From positions 248,001 through 312,000 of the forward strand of contig JAIVFI010000026.1 of the NCBI GenBank assembly GCA_025558095.1: a DNA stretch of 64,000 bases. The letters run 5' to 3'. Position 1 is the stretch's first letter, and the number at the start of each line of letters is the position of its first letter. This DNA comes from Hyaloraphidium curvatum SAG 235-1. Its lineage: Eukaryota > Fungi > Monoblepharomycota. Below are positions 42,961 to 54,252 of this stretch, piece after piece. A program made the translations under genes and the position numbers. The notes under the pieces are model-generated. The model was not told the origin of the DNA and made no database searches. It saw nothing but the letters and a program-made list of their open reading frames with translations.

Positions 42961-44082
42961 ATGCCCATCTCGGATTACATCCTGTCCGTGCCCAAGGTCG
43001 AGCTGCACGTCCACCTGGAGGGCTCGATGCCCCCCGAGACGATGCTCGCCCTCGCGGCGCGCCACGGGATACAGCTGCCCGCCGACGACGTCCCGGGGCT
43101 GCGGAAATGGCTCGACTTCCGGGACATGCCGCACTTTGTCGCCATCTACTTCACCATCTCAAAGTGCCTGCAGACGCCCGACGACATCGAGCTGCTGGGC
43201 CGGGACTTTCTGAAGCAGCAGGCCAGGCAGAACATCTGGTACAGCGAGGTCACCTTCACGCCCTACACGCACTGGCACCAGAAGCGGATACCCTTTGCGG
43301 AGCAGCTGGAGGCGCTCAACCGCGCGCGCCGCTGGGCCGAGACGGAGCTCGGCGTGACGATGAGGTTTATTTTTGACATCAGCAGGGAGGTCAGCCCCGA
43401 CAAGGGCCTGTGGACGGCCGACGCCGTCGTAAGGCACTTCCGGGACCCGGACTCCGGCATCGTGGCGCTCGGATTAGGGGGATACGAGCCCGCCCACCCC
43501 GCGCACAAGTTTGGCGAGGCCTTTGCCCGCGCCCAGGCTGCCGGCGTGCCCATCGTGCTTCATGCAGGCGAGCACGGCGGCCCCGAGAGCATCCGCGCCG
43601 CTCTCGCCTTGGGCTCGCTGCGGATCGGCCACGGGGTCCGGGCCGCGGAGGACGAGGAGCTTGTGGCGGAGCTCGTGCGGCGGAGGGTGCCGCTCGAGAT
43701 CAGCCCGACGAGCAACATCCGCCTGAAGGTCGTCGGGAGCCTGCAGGAGCACCCGGTGCAGAAGCTCATCGAGGCCGGGGTGGCGGTGACCATCAACAGC
43801 GACGACGCGGCCATGTTCAACACGAGCCTCACGCAGGAGTTTCTGCAGTGCGCCGAGGCGTTCGGCTGGGACATGGACCAGGTGGATGCGCTGATCCTCA
43901 ACGCGGCCCAGGCGGTCCTTCTGCCGCCGGACGAGAGGGACGCGCTTGTGAGCAGAATTCGATCGGGGCTGAGGCAGAGGGATCCACAGGACTGGGATCA
44001 GGCGGGGACGGTCGTGCGGAAGACGGGACACAAGCCGGCTGACGAGGTTACGGGCACGGGCGCGGCGTCCGTTCCTGCGTAG
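42961..44082 (+). CDS. Adenosine/adenine deaminase
   Basis: PKVELHVHLEGS, HAGE, RIGHG, LEISPTSN, TINSDD; intronless. Confidence 0.93.
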   Translation: MPISDYILSVPKVELHVHLEGSMPPETMLALAARHGIQLPADDVPGLRKWLDFRDMPHFVAIYFTISKCLQTPDDIELLGRDFLKQQARQNIWYSEVTFTPYTHWHQKRIPFAEQLEALNRARRWAETELGVTMRFIFDISREVSPDKGLWTADAVVRHFRDPDSGIVALGLGGYEPAHPAHKFGEAFARAQAAGVPIVLHAGEHGGPESIRAALALGSLRIGHGVRAAEDEELVAELVRRRVPLEISPTSNIRLKVVGSLQEHPVQKLIEAGVAVTINSDDAAMFNTSLTQEFLQCAEAFGWDMDQVDALILNAAQAVLLPPDERDALVSRIRSGLRQRDPQDWDQAGTVVRKTGHKPADEVTGTGAASVPA

Positions 44083-44154
44083 CGCGAGGTACCGTAAGTG
44101 TACAAATGCAATGTAAACTTCCAAGATCTCTGCTCGACGCGAATTCGCGAGCAT

Positions 44155-45384
44155 TCACTCGCTCAGATCATCAAGGGCCGGTGATCTCCGCTTAGAGCCC
44201 TTGATCTGCGGTCTCTTGCAGCTCGCGGACCTCGTGGTCCCGTTGAGGGTGTTGGTTATCGGCCCCAAATCGGTGCAGTGACGCCCCTGATGCTGCGAAA
44301 CCGAGGCCGCGTAGCTCGACCTCGTGGCCTGGACCAGCACCGCGCTCCCCATCATCAGGTACCAATCGACAAACACGAGCAGCGCGCCCTCCTTCGACGG
44401 CGTGCCGCGGAACGTGTGGAGGCCCCCCATGAGCGTTAGCTTGGTGTTTGTGAGCACCGCCCGGTCGGGGAAGGCGGCGAGCATTCCCAGGCCGACTTCG
44501 GGGTCGTCCGCGGCGACAAAGAGCTTCGCCATCTCGGGGAGCTTGGCGTCCTTCATGGCGCGCCTGATGTACCCGGGCAGAACGCTCAATGCAAATGCGG
44601 GATCGGCGAACCAATTCCACTTTGCCCCCGCGCCAAAGTCCCCCGCAGCCACCTCCCCCGCACCGGTCCGGATGTGCACGGCCGCGTACTCGGCCCCGCC
44701 CGGGGACAGCTGCTGCAGCACCGCTGCCATCCGATCCAGAACCGGCTGCCCGGGCCTCAGCAGGTACTCGGAGATGCACGCCTCGTCCACCTTGGAAACA
44801 TCCAGGCCGCGTTCGGCCATCCGCGCCCGCAGCGCCGCGTCCCACAGCTTCATGGCGGGCTTGCGGTACCCGTCCACCACGTTCACGCTCCACAAGGGGT
44901 CCGAGTGGTTCAGCGCCTCGAACTCGAGCGGGCTCGGGTACTTGCCCGTGTCCTCCGAGAGCTCGGGCAGGACGAAGCCGGGGCGCCAATCGATCCCGCC
45001 GGGCTCCATGAACTCCCCCGACTCTCCGGCCAGGAGGAGGACGAACACGCGATCGTATGCCAGGGCCATGCCGAACGCGTGCGCCAGGTCCAGGTTCAGG
45101 TTGCCCCACCCTCCGACCTGGGTCAGCACGAGGAGGTTGGCCGCGGGGTTGGTCCTGTTGGCGCGATGGAGCGCCTCGTAGGCCGGGAACGACAGCGTCC
45201 GGTTGAGGCACTGCGGGGCATGGAACCGCGGCGGGAGCTCCGCGAGGTGCGGCCGGCCGACGGGGGTGAGGAGCAGCGAGAGGACCGGCAGGCACACGAG
45301 GAACAGTGCGCCCGCGGACGGCAGCCATGACGGCGCGGGGCCGCGGCCGCCGCCGGGGTGGTCCTCCTCGAATTCGTCGGCCAT
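44155..45384 (-). CDS. Type II membrane glycosyltransferase, fucosyltransferase-like (GT-B)
   Basis: N-terminal TM (LFLVCLPVLSLLL), GGWGN, YAAVHIRTG, LFVAADD, DWYLM...SSYA, the pattern of alpha-1,2/1,6/O-fucosyltransferase motifs I-III. Confidence 0.75.
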   Translation of the reverse strand: MADEFEEDHPGGGRGPAPSWLPSAGALFLVCLPVLSLLLTPVGRPHLAELPPRFHAPQCLNRTLSFPAYEALHRANRTNPAANLLVLTQVGGWGNLNLDLAHAFGMALAYDRVFVLLLAGESGEFMEPGGIDWRPGFVLPELSEDTGKYPSPLEFEALNHSDPLWSVNVVDGYRKPAMKLWDAALRARMAERGLDVSKVDEACISEYLLRPGQPVLDRMAAVLQQLSPGGAEYAAVHIRTGAGEVAAGDFGAGAKWNWFADPAFALSVLPGYIRRAMKDAKLPEMAKLFVAADDPEVGLGMLAAFPDRAVLTNTKLTLMGGLHTFRGTPSKEGALLVFVDWYLMMGSAVLVQATRSSYAASVSQHQGRHCTDLGPITNTLNGTTRSASCKRPQIKGSKRRSPALDDLSE

Positions 45385-45782
45385 GCTGCCGGCGGCAGGA
45401 TGGGCGCGGCGGTCCGTGCTCTCCTTCGGGGGTGGAGGAGGCTGACGGCGGCAACAGGGCTCCCGAGGCGCGGGGAATGCCGGCCCACCGAGGCGGCGGC
45501 GGCGCAGCGGCGAGCCCGCCGAGCTGCGAGAACGTTTTCGCCGCCGACCTTTGGAGCCGCTGGGGAATGAGGGCCGAGGGGGGTCGCCACGGGAGCGGGA
45601 ACTTTCGGCTGGGGCTGGTGAACTGTGACCCGCGATTGTCAACGGTTCGTTCCCCTACACGCGCGACGGTTCCTTCCGAATCACATATGAATGCATAAGT
45701 TAGTTTCGGGGTCGCTGGCTACCTGCATTGACGTGGTCCGATCGCCCGTCGCAGGCGCCCTTCCGTCGGCTCCGTGGACGCC

Positions 45783-47200
45783 TCACCAAACCCCCTCGTC
45801 CTCGCTGTCCACGTAGTCCTCCTCCTCCGCCTCCTCCCGCTCCGCATCCTCCCGCAGCATCTCGTCGTACTCCCCCTCCCACACCCCCTCGTCCGGGCTC
45901 TCATGCCCGTCCCACTTCCCCCGCATCACCTTCTCCCACACCCTCTTGCCCAGCCTGACGCTCTTGAGCGCCGCCGCGCCCATGTCCGCGTTGCGCTGGC
46001 ACTCCTCCGCCACCTCGAGCACCTTCTCCGCGGGCATCCGCGCCCCGCAGACCGCGCACGCGGGGTGGTAAGGCGAGTCCGTGAGCCACAGGCCGGGGAT
46101 GTGCACTGCGGGGGCGGCGCAGAGGAACCAGGGCACAAATGCGCGGGGGTCGATCGGCGGAAGGACGACGGAGAGGAAGGCGGCGAGGGGGCGGTGCAGG
46201 CCGATGCCGGCGGCGTAGAGGCCGGCGTTCGTGGTGCGGGAGGGGTCCGAGTGCTCGGCGTACCAGACGGGCAGGTCCGCGGCCTCGCAGGCGGCGCGGA
46301 GGCCGCGAATGGAGGCCAGGTCGTCCTCGTCGTAGGCGGAGACGGCAAAGAGCTCGACGACGGGGCCCGCGGGGAGCAGGGGGCCCTTGTCGAGGTCCGG
46401 GTACCTGCCGTTGACCTTGACGAGGCTGGCGACCACCATCTCGCGGCTCGTTCCAAGGGCAAGCAGCGGGCCGCGGCACTCGAGCGGGAAGCGGAAAAAG
46501 GGCCGCCTGCGCACGTCGGTCGAAGACAGGCGGTACGGGTCGACCAGCTTCCCCGAGATCCTTTCCGTCTCGGCCATCCGGCCGTCGATCATCTCCGAGA
46601 GGCGCTCCGACAGGCCGTTGTCCGAGCCCTCCGACGACCGATCCGAGTCCTCCCCGCTCTCCGGGCCCGTGCACATGCGCAGGGCCACCAGGAGGTCGAC
46701 GGCGGTCTGCGCGGCATCCGCAGCCTTGTACTTGAGCTTCTTGCCGCGCTCGGAGCGCACCTCGTCCAGCACCTTGTGCCTTGCGGGCGACATGCGCGCC
46801 ACAACGTCGCCGTGGGCGGCCGTTTCCGCGGCACCGTACCCGCCGCCCAGCATGCGCCGGAAGAAGGCGTCAATCGGCCGCGCCGCATAGCGCCGGCGAC
46901 TCCCAGAACAGCCCCCTCGCTCACGAGGTCGGCCATCTCGGCCGCCGACCCGCAGGCGTCCACCACGCCGCGCGCCGCCTCGGCCGTGCAGCCGGCCCCC
47001 ATGAATTTGGCGAGGCGGGGCGCGAAGCGCGGCGCGACGTGGCGGAACTTAAATTCCGGCTCGGCGGAGAGCGCGGCCGGGTCGAGGTCCAGCGCGCTCC
47101 GCACGGGGCCGGCGCTGAAGGCGCGCGCGGCATCCAGCGGGACGCGGAAGACGCTGCCGTCCTTGGCTCGGAACGCGACGGAGGGCGCGCCGGCCGCCAT
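45783..47200 (-). pseudogene. Skp1/BTB-like N-terminal domain protein, paralog of 55377..56723, with a frameshift
   Basis: MAAGAPSVAFRAKDGSVFRVPL is nearly identical to the 55377 copy. A frame switch at ~46875-46890 has no plausible intron. Shared motifs PFFRFP, V(N/D)GR(Y/F)PD, PRAFVPW, VRLG(K/R)RVW. Confidence 0.65.
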
Positions 47201-47405
47201 TTCCGTTTGCGGTTTGAGAATAGAGAGACTGGGGCGGTGGTCCCACTTGGAATCGTTGGAATCGCCCACGAGGCGGATAGTCCCCTACTTTTCGAGTTGA
47301 AGCTTCCTCATTGTCACAGCAAGCAGAAGTGCGAAAACGGAATTGCGGCTAGGCGAGGTCATGTTCACCATTTCGGTCATAGACTTAGCATAGCATACGT
47401 TGGAG

Positions 47406-48509
47406 CTAGCGCGTCATCCCTTCAAGCAGGCCCATGATCCTGTCCAGCTTCGGGACACCCGGGGCCGCCGGCAACTTGACCTCGACGAACTCTCTCCCCT
47501 GGAACAGGTCGTCCGAACGCTCCGTCCGCTCGAACACCTCGTCGATCGCCGTCCCGTTGTGCGTCCCGTCGCCGTTGTCGGCAAACAGCCGGGTGATAAA
47601 GACGACCAGGTCCTTCTCCGTCTTGTCGCACCGGTACGCGACGCAGCGGTTCCGTCCCGAGATCTGGGGGATGCCGGGTGGCATGAACACGAAGCTCAGC
47701 TTCTCCCCCTCGATCCCGTACTTGTCGCCGAAGCCGACCAGCAGGTCCTCCCCGAACCACGGCAAGTCCCGCCGCCGCGGCCGCCCGTCGCAGTCGTGGG
47801 ATGGCGTGCCCGGGAGGAAGGTCGCGAACTCGGCGAACATCCACGCCTCGTATTCCCGCTTCTTGCGCGCCTCTTCGGCCTGCCGGGCCGCTTCCGCAGC
47901 CTCCTTGGCCTCTTCGGACACCTCCTTCCCGCGCGCCTGCAGGCACTCGGGCTTGTGCTTGGCCCAATCCGCCCTCTGGCACGCCTTGGAGCAGTAGACC
48001 GCCCTCTTGCACGCGGAGCACCTGTGGAATTCCTCCCCGGACTCCTTCTGCTTCGTCCCGCACCCGTCGCAGTCCCTGCCCTGCTCCTTGTTGAGCTGCT
48101 TCTGCGTCATCCCGATGTTTGGCGCCATCATCTCGTAGGCGGGGCTGCCCTCGGGCGGGTCCTTGTACACCCTGGCCTCGTCCAGTTCCGCGGTGATGGA
48201 CTTGAGGTGCGGCCCGAAGAGCAGCCTGAGATTCTCCGGGGTATCGAGCCCGTGCGCGACCAGCTTGGCCAGCAGCGGGGTGACCCCCCTGCAGACGCGC
48301 CAGTTGGTGGGCGCCGCCCAGCCCGCGAGCGCCTTGGGGTCGCCGATGCGCGCGAGGAGCTTCTTCACTTTGTGCAGGTCGGCCTGGGCGCCGGCATATT
48401 CGATGGCGGCCACGGGAGGGATGCCCGCCTCCCGGTCGTCCTTGATGCGGGGGTCCGGCGGGGGGGCGGGCCCGAAGTGGCCCTTGAAGTGGAGGCCCGG
48501 GCGGGGCAT
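47406..48509 (-). CDS. MYND-type zinc finger protein
   Basis: CDGC...RCSACKRAVYCSKACQRADWAKHKPEC. Confidence 0.88.
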   Translation of the reverse strand: MPRPGLHFKGHFGPAPPPDPRIKDDREAGIPPVAAIEYAGAQADLHKVKKLLARIGDPKALAGWAAPTNWRVCRGVTPLLAKLVAHGLDTPENLRLLFGPHLKSITAELDEARVYKDPPEGSPAYEMMAPNIGMTQKQLNKEQGRDCDGCGTKQKESGEEFHRCSACKRAVYCSKACQRADWAKHKPECLQARGKEVSEEAKEAAEAARQAEEARKKREYEAWMFAEFATFLPGTPSHDCDGRPRRRDLPWFGEDLLVGFGDKYGIEGEKLSFVFMPPGIPQISGRNRCVAYRCDKTEKDLVVFITRLFADNGDGTHNGTAIDEVFERTERSDDLFQGREFVEVKLPAAPGVPKLDRIMGLLEGMTR

Positions 48510-48958
48510 TTCGGTCGCGAGGGAACTACGCGCGGCGCAGGCCGTTTGGTGGGGGCCTAAATGCGCGATGCGGAGCGGGGGTGGGGCAAGTCGGCCGGAA
48601 GCCCGAGCGGGCGACGATCCCCTGGACGAAACTAGACGCTAAATGGACCTTACCGACATCATCGTGCACTTCTTCAGCTCGGAATCGTTCTCCCAATTAC
48701 GGTAAGGGACCGCGCTTCTCGGCCTCCGCATCACCCCCGCGTGATCTGACCGGCATGTGTCTCGATGGCCTTGGATGGAAGTGGATGCAGTCTCGGCCAA
48801 ACCAACACTGTTTTGCACTTTTCCAGGTCCGAATCACTGTCTTGAATGCGGTAAGCGACCGTGCTGGGGGTCCGCGGTTCTAATGGAGCGCTGGCGGGCA
48901 CAAGTCGAACCAAGCCAACCTGTCAACCCATACACCGATCGAACCAGCGCCCGAGACA

Positions 48959-50203
48959 TCAAATCCTCGGCTTCCCGTACACGTGCCGGGGCACCGCCGC
49001 CCCCCGATGGTACGTCGGGCATATCTTCTTGCTCACCATCCACGCCTCGTCGAACGCAGCAACCACTTCCTCCGGCAGCCTCCCCGCCTCGCACGCGTCC
49101 AGGTTCTCTCCGGCGTACTTGAGCGACGACGCGCCGATGATGATGGCGTCGCCCTCGGCACCCGAGAGGAGGGAGTGGTGCAGGAGCCAGCGGTGCGCGG
49201 CGGCGATGGGGGTGATGCCGGCGGCGGCGCAGGCGCGGGTGACGATCGAGACGGCCTGGAAGTACGTGTCGTTCCAGTACCTGCCGTCAAGGCGGTTATC
49301 AGTGGTGCTTAAAGGCGAGGAGGGAGCCGAACCTCTGCCGGTAGTTTGCCCCTTGCGTGTGACTCGGATCGAACCGGCCCTCGGCTGGCACCTCCTCGAA
49401 CTTGTAGTTCCCAGAAAGCAGACCACCGGCACCGACATTGTAGGCGTAGAACTTCATCCCGAGCTTGCGGAGGCACGGGAGGAGCTCCGGTTCCACGTCG
49501 CGCGTGATCCCGTTGTACATCCCTCCGAAACAATGAGCCCAGGAGTCCAAAGCGGACAGCAGCGGCGGCAACGCACCCTGGTACACCGTCGGCGTCACCC
49601 ACCCGTTGTTCCTGCAGATCTGGAAGATCTCCATGACCTCGAACGCGGCGTAGTTCGACACCCCGAACTCCTCGTACAGCCCCTCCCTGTGCAGCTCGTT
49701 CATGGCCCTGCACGTGTCTTCCAAGGGCACCGATCGATCGGGGGCATGCAGGTAGAGTATGTGCACCCTGTCCGCCTTCAGCGCCGCGAGGGAGCGCTGA
49801 AAGATGGCCTTGAGCCGCTCGGGGGCGTGGTCCCCGGGCTTGGTGGGCGCGACCTTGGTCGCGATGCGGAATCGGCGGTCGTTGGAGGCGCCGATTTCGC
49901 CGAGGACCTGCTCGGTGTTGCCGCCGCAGTCTGCGCGGGTCCGTCATGTTTCGCCGCGGGAAGCACGAGCAGAGGTCCCGAGGCCCACAGTTCCGCGCGG
50001 TGTCGACCTCGTTGTGCCCGCGGGAAGAAAACAGGTCCAGGATGGCGTTGATGGTCGGCCTGTCCGAGATGCGGCCGCCGACGCCGACCCCCTGCCGACG
50101 GGACGCGTCCGAAGTGGCAATGAGCCCCGGATCACGCGGAGATCCCGCGTCGCGTACTGACAAAGGTCATCGTGCCGAAAACAACGCGCGGACGGGACGC
50201 CAT
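48959..50203 (-). CDS. Aldo-keto reductase, aflatoxin B1 aldehyde reductase (AKR7)-like, multi-exon
   Basis: RVVFGTMTF, EVDTARN|Y, IATK, ILYLHAPDRS, FGVSNY, PTVYQG|MYN, AAAHRWLLHHS, IIGASS. Confidence 0.9.
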
Positions 50204-50350
50204 CGTGGACAGATGCGTGTGAACCGTGTTGCCAGATGGAAGCGGAGTTCGGGCTGTGCGGCCCATCCTCCCCCGAATCTCACGCCCCAGTTTCGCATTT
50301 CGGCACCTTGCCCCAGACAGATGTCGCGGTACGGCGGGTCGCCTAAACGG

Positions 50351-51873
50351 CTAGTCCCAAACAGGCTCCTCCTCCTCGTCCTCCCCCCGCAGCGCCCCCA
50401 ACGCCCTCTCCGCCCTCGCCCTCCACCTTGCCGCCTCCCTCCTCGCCGCCTCCGCCTCCCTCTCCAGCTCCGCTTCCCTCGCCTCCCGCTCGCGCTGACG
50501 CGCCTCGAGCTGAGCAATCCTCTGCCTCGCGCGGTTCAGCTCGATGGAACGGCTCTGCAGCGCCGCTCCCACATCTCGGCATCTGGCTCCGGATCGGGCT
50601 GCGCCGGCGGGGGGGAGGGGGACTCGCGCTTGATGAGCACGGGGTCACGGGGGGGGGAGGAGAGCGGCGTTTCGAAGGGGTCGTCGGGCGGGGGAGACGG
50701 CGCCTCCTGCGGAGGCAGCGGAGGCGTCGGCGCCGACAACGGCGCCCCGCCGTCGTCGAAGGGCATCTCGCGGATTTCCTGGACCTCCAGCTTGACCGGA
50801 ACCTCCGGGTCGAAGGATGCGGGTGAGACGAAGTAGCCCTCCACGTCCGCGCGTTTGGGACCCCGTCCCCAGATGTCCCTGGCGTCCACGTCCACCCGCG
50901 GCTGGTGCCGGTTCAGCAGCGTCAGCACCTTCTCCTGCCGCCTCGAGGCTGCAAAGTAGTACGCCGTCCTCCCGCACGGGTCGGTTTTGTTGGCGTCCAC
51001 CGCGAACCCGGCGTCGTCCCTCCGGAGCTGCAAGAGGGCATGCACCGCCGCGACGTTGCCGTATGCCGCGGCGTACATGAGCCCGGTGGCCCCTCTCACA
51101 TCCCCCGCATCGAGATCGACGGAGCCGAGCGCGGCGATGCGGCGGATCTCGTCCACGTCGTCGGAGAAGCACGCCTTGCGGAGGGCGGCGGGGGTGTCGA
51201 GACGCGGGTCGCCGGGGGGGAGGTCGTCGGGGGGCCAGGGGCCGCCCTGGAAGGACCACACGAGGTCGTCCTCCGGGGCGTTGAGGGCGGGCCGGCCGGG
51301 TTCGGGATCGTTGTCGCCGCCGGGGGACGCCAGCTTGCCCTGGAGGAGAGCCTGGCCGCCCAGCTTGAGATGCAGCATCGCCACCGAAGACGGCATGGGC
51401 CAGGAGAGGGGGTCGGCGTTGACGGTGAAATCCAGAGCAGGGTGGAAGGGCAGGTCCGCGACGTCCTTCCTCCGCGTGAAGGCGGCTGCCCCGCCCGGCC
51501 GGTCCACAATCGCCGCCATCACAGTCGCGTGCTCGAAAATGAGCGCGTAGTCTGCCGCCGTCTTGTAGCGGGCGTTCCGCTTCCCCGGGTCCGCCCCGGC
51601 CCGCAGCAGCAGCCGTGCCGCGTCGACGCTCCCCGCGATTGCCGCGAGCATCAGCGGCGTGAGCTGCGCGGCGTCCTCGGCGTCGACTTCGATGCCGGGC
51701 TGCGCCAGGAGGACCGCCACGCACTCGGTGTGCCCCAGCTGCGCGGCCCAGCCGAGGGCGCTCACTTTGCGCGAGTTGACGTCGAGCTGCGGATTGGAGA
51801 GCAGCAGCACGCGGAGGCGCGGGGCATCGCCCGTCGTGACCGCATTATATAACGCGACCTCTGCGGCGTCCAT
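50351..51873 (-). CDS. Ankyrin-repeat protein with a C-terminal coiled coil (1-nt frameshift near 50545)
   Basis: SALGWAAQLGH, TPLMLAAIAG, TGLMYAAAYGN, GRTAYYFAA. The coiled-coil tail SIELNRARQRIAQLE lies in an adjacent frame. Confidence 0.8.
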
Positions 51874-52321
51874 CTCGGGCCCCGGGGCGGGGACACCGAT
51901 GTTGTTTGGATCGCCGCAGCAGAGGGGCCGCGAGTCCCGCAGTTTGCCCTCTATTTGGACCAGTTGAATACCACATGGAACGCGGCGTGCTGACCTCTGT
52001 GTTCGGCACGGCTGTCCGTGGCATCGTAAAGCTCGCACCACGGGCCAGAACCGAGCATCCAAGTGACGTACCATGGGAGCCTGTTCGCAACGCGTTCGTC
52101 GCAGACGCGTCGCGCCCCTTCAAAGGCCTCTTCAACGTGTTCCAGGCCTCGCGATGCTCTTGTTTGCCATGGAGGCGCAGAAGCGCACCGCGTTGCACGG
52201 ATGTCGCGCGACGTGCGCCTCCCCGCCCGGTTTTGGCGAGATTTGTCAGGGAGGCGTCGCCGCACCAGAACCTCAGCACCGACCCCCTCGCTGAACCCCG
52301 ACTTCAGCACCTGCCGCCGCC

Positions 52322-53814
52322 ATGCACCGCAGCTCACGCGTTCTGCTGCTGCTCGCGGCGCTCGCCGCCCTGCTGGCGGTCGCCCTCGCGTCGCCCCTCG
52401 AGCCCCGCGACGGCAAAGCGCCTCCCCCGCCCCCGCCCCCGCCGCCCAAGAAGCACGACGGCTACGACCACGCCAAGAAGGTCACCAAGACCGTCTACGT
52501 CACCGTCAACGCGACCAGGACCGCTACGGCCACGCTCATCCCCACCGCGGTTCGTGCGCCCTTGGGGGACGCCCCACGCCTCCGTGACCTACCCACCCCT
52601 CCTCAGGTGCCATTTGCGTTCAAGTGCAAGCTTCCGGTGTATGTTGACGACGGCAAGAAGGACGGCGGGCATTTCGAGTACGATGACGACCACAAGAAGG
52701 GCGAGGTGGGCGTGCGCCTCCCGGCCGTGTGGCTTCTCTGACAGTTTCCTTCCCCCCCTCCCGTCGTTCCCCTGCCCACAGATCGTCAAGCTCGAGTACC
52801 TGGGACACCTCGGCGGCTACGTCTACAAGTGCGACGGCGTCTTCCTCGTCTTTGTCGTCAAGCTCAAGGCCGTGGGTCGAGTGCGCACCCTTCCGTCGTC
52901 GACCGCGGCTCATCTCCCCTCCCCGTTTTAGTGGTTCCTGATCGACATCATCGAGATCTGCCCCGAGCCGCCCGCCCCGAAGAAGACCTCGGCCCCCGAG
53001 CCGCCAAAGAAGACGTCGGCGCCTCAGCCTCCGACGTCCAAGAAGCGTGCGTCCCCCCTCCCTCTCCACCGCAGCACCGCGGCTGACCTTTTCCCCTCAT
53101 CGTAGACTACGCCCGCGACGGCAAGGATCACCCCCGGCCGCCCAAGAAGGAGCACAACCCCCACCCCGCCAAGAAGGACCCGGAACCGAAGAAGCAGCAC
53201 GCCGTCACCGCCACCGTCACCCAGACTGCCGTCCGCACCGTCACCGTCAAGCCGCCCTGCGTGCCCGCGACGTGCGAGCTGCCGGACTACGAACACGGCG
53301 ACGGCAAGAAGGGAGAGGATGGGTACTTCTTCTTCGAGGACGGCAAGGACCGCAAGGTGGGCTCTCTGACGGCGCGATGGCGATGGACTCGGAGCTGATG
53401 GCGATCGCCTGCGCAGGTTGTCGAGCTCATCTACGTGAAGCTGGTCGACGGCTACATCTACAAGTGCGGCACCGAGATCTACATCTTCCTGGTCAAGCCG
53501 CACAAGGTGCCGCTTCCGCCGGCCCCGATCGTCCCGCGCGGAACTGACTTCTCTGCTTTCCGCCCCGCTAGTGGTATAAGATCACGCTCATCTCGCTCAT
53601 CTTCCCGCCTCCCCCGCTCACTTCGAAGCCGCTGCCTCCGACGACAAAGCCTGCTCCCCCGCTGACTTCGAAGCCCCTCCCCCCGCTGACTTCGAAGCCC
53701 CTTCCCCCGGCTCCCACGACCACCGCGGCCCCGCCTACCAGCAAGCCCTACCCCCCCAAGCCACCGGCGAAGACCACTACCGCCGCTCCTCCTCACATAA
53801 AGGGCGGCTACTGA
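52322..53814 (+). CDS. Secreted protein with a duplicated unknown domain and Pro-rich tail, paralog of 26189..27500, multi-exon
   Basis: Signal peptide VLLLLAALAALLAVALA; PRDGK; two domain copies (CKLPVY...YVYKCDG; CELPDY...YIYKCG); PPLTSKPL repeats; ends KGGY-TGA. Confidence 0.8.
53611..53710 (+). repeat. Coding tandem repeat of ~24 nt (PPLTSKPL)
   Basis: ccccgct(c/g)acttcgaagcc occurs three times. Confidence 0.75.
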
Positions 53815-54252
53815 TCGCTGATCGGCTATTGATCAGGAGGGTGCTTTGGAGAGTTGAGACTTGATTGAAACTTGATGCTGCATTCCATGTCTTTCACCAT
53901 GTATCGTCTTGAACACGTCCATATTCATACTCCCTTCAGTTCGAGCCCGATCACGGTCCGGTCGGATGCGGTGTCGTCTGCGTGGGGCAGAGACCCGGAG
54001 GGCAGGACGTGCCCCCGGCGAGGGTCCATCAGATCGTCAGACATTGCATCGAGCATGTTCCATGGTCATCGCGGAGACATCTTCGGCCGATCTCGGTAGA
54101 ATCACGTGGGCGGGTGCGGCCGCCCGATCCTCATCGCCGGCAAAACCTCTCGAATCCGTGCTTGCGCCGCTCCAATCGCCGTCCCCGGGAGCTTGCGTGC
54201 CTCCTGCTCCCTCGGTCTCCCTGTTTCCCCGACTTCCCGCCCGAACCCCGCG

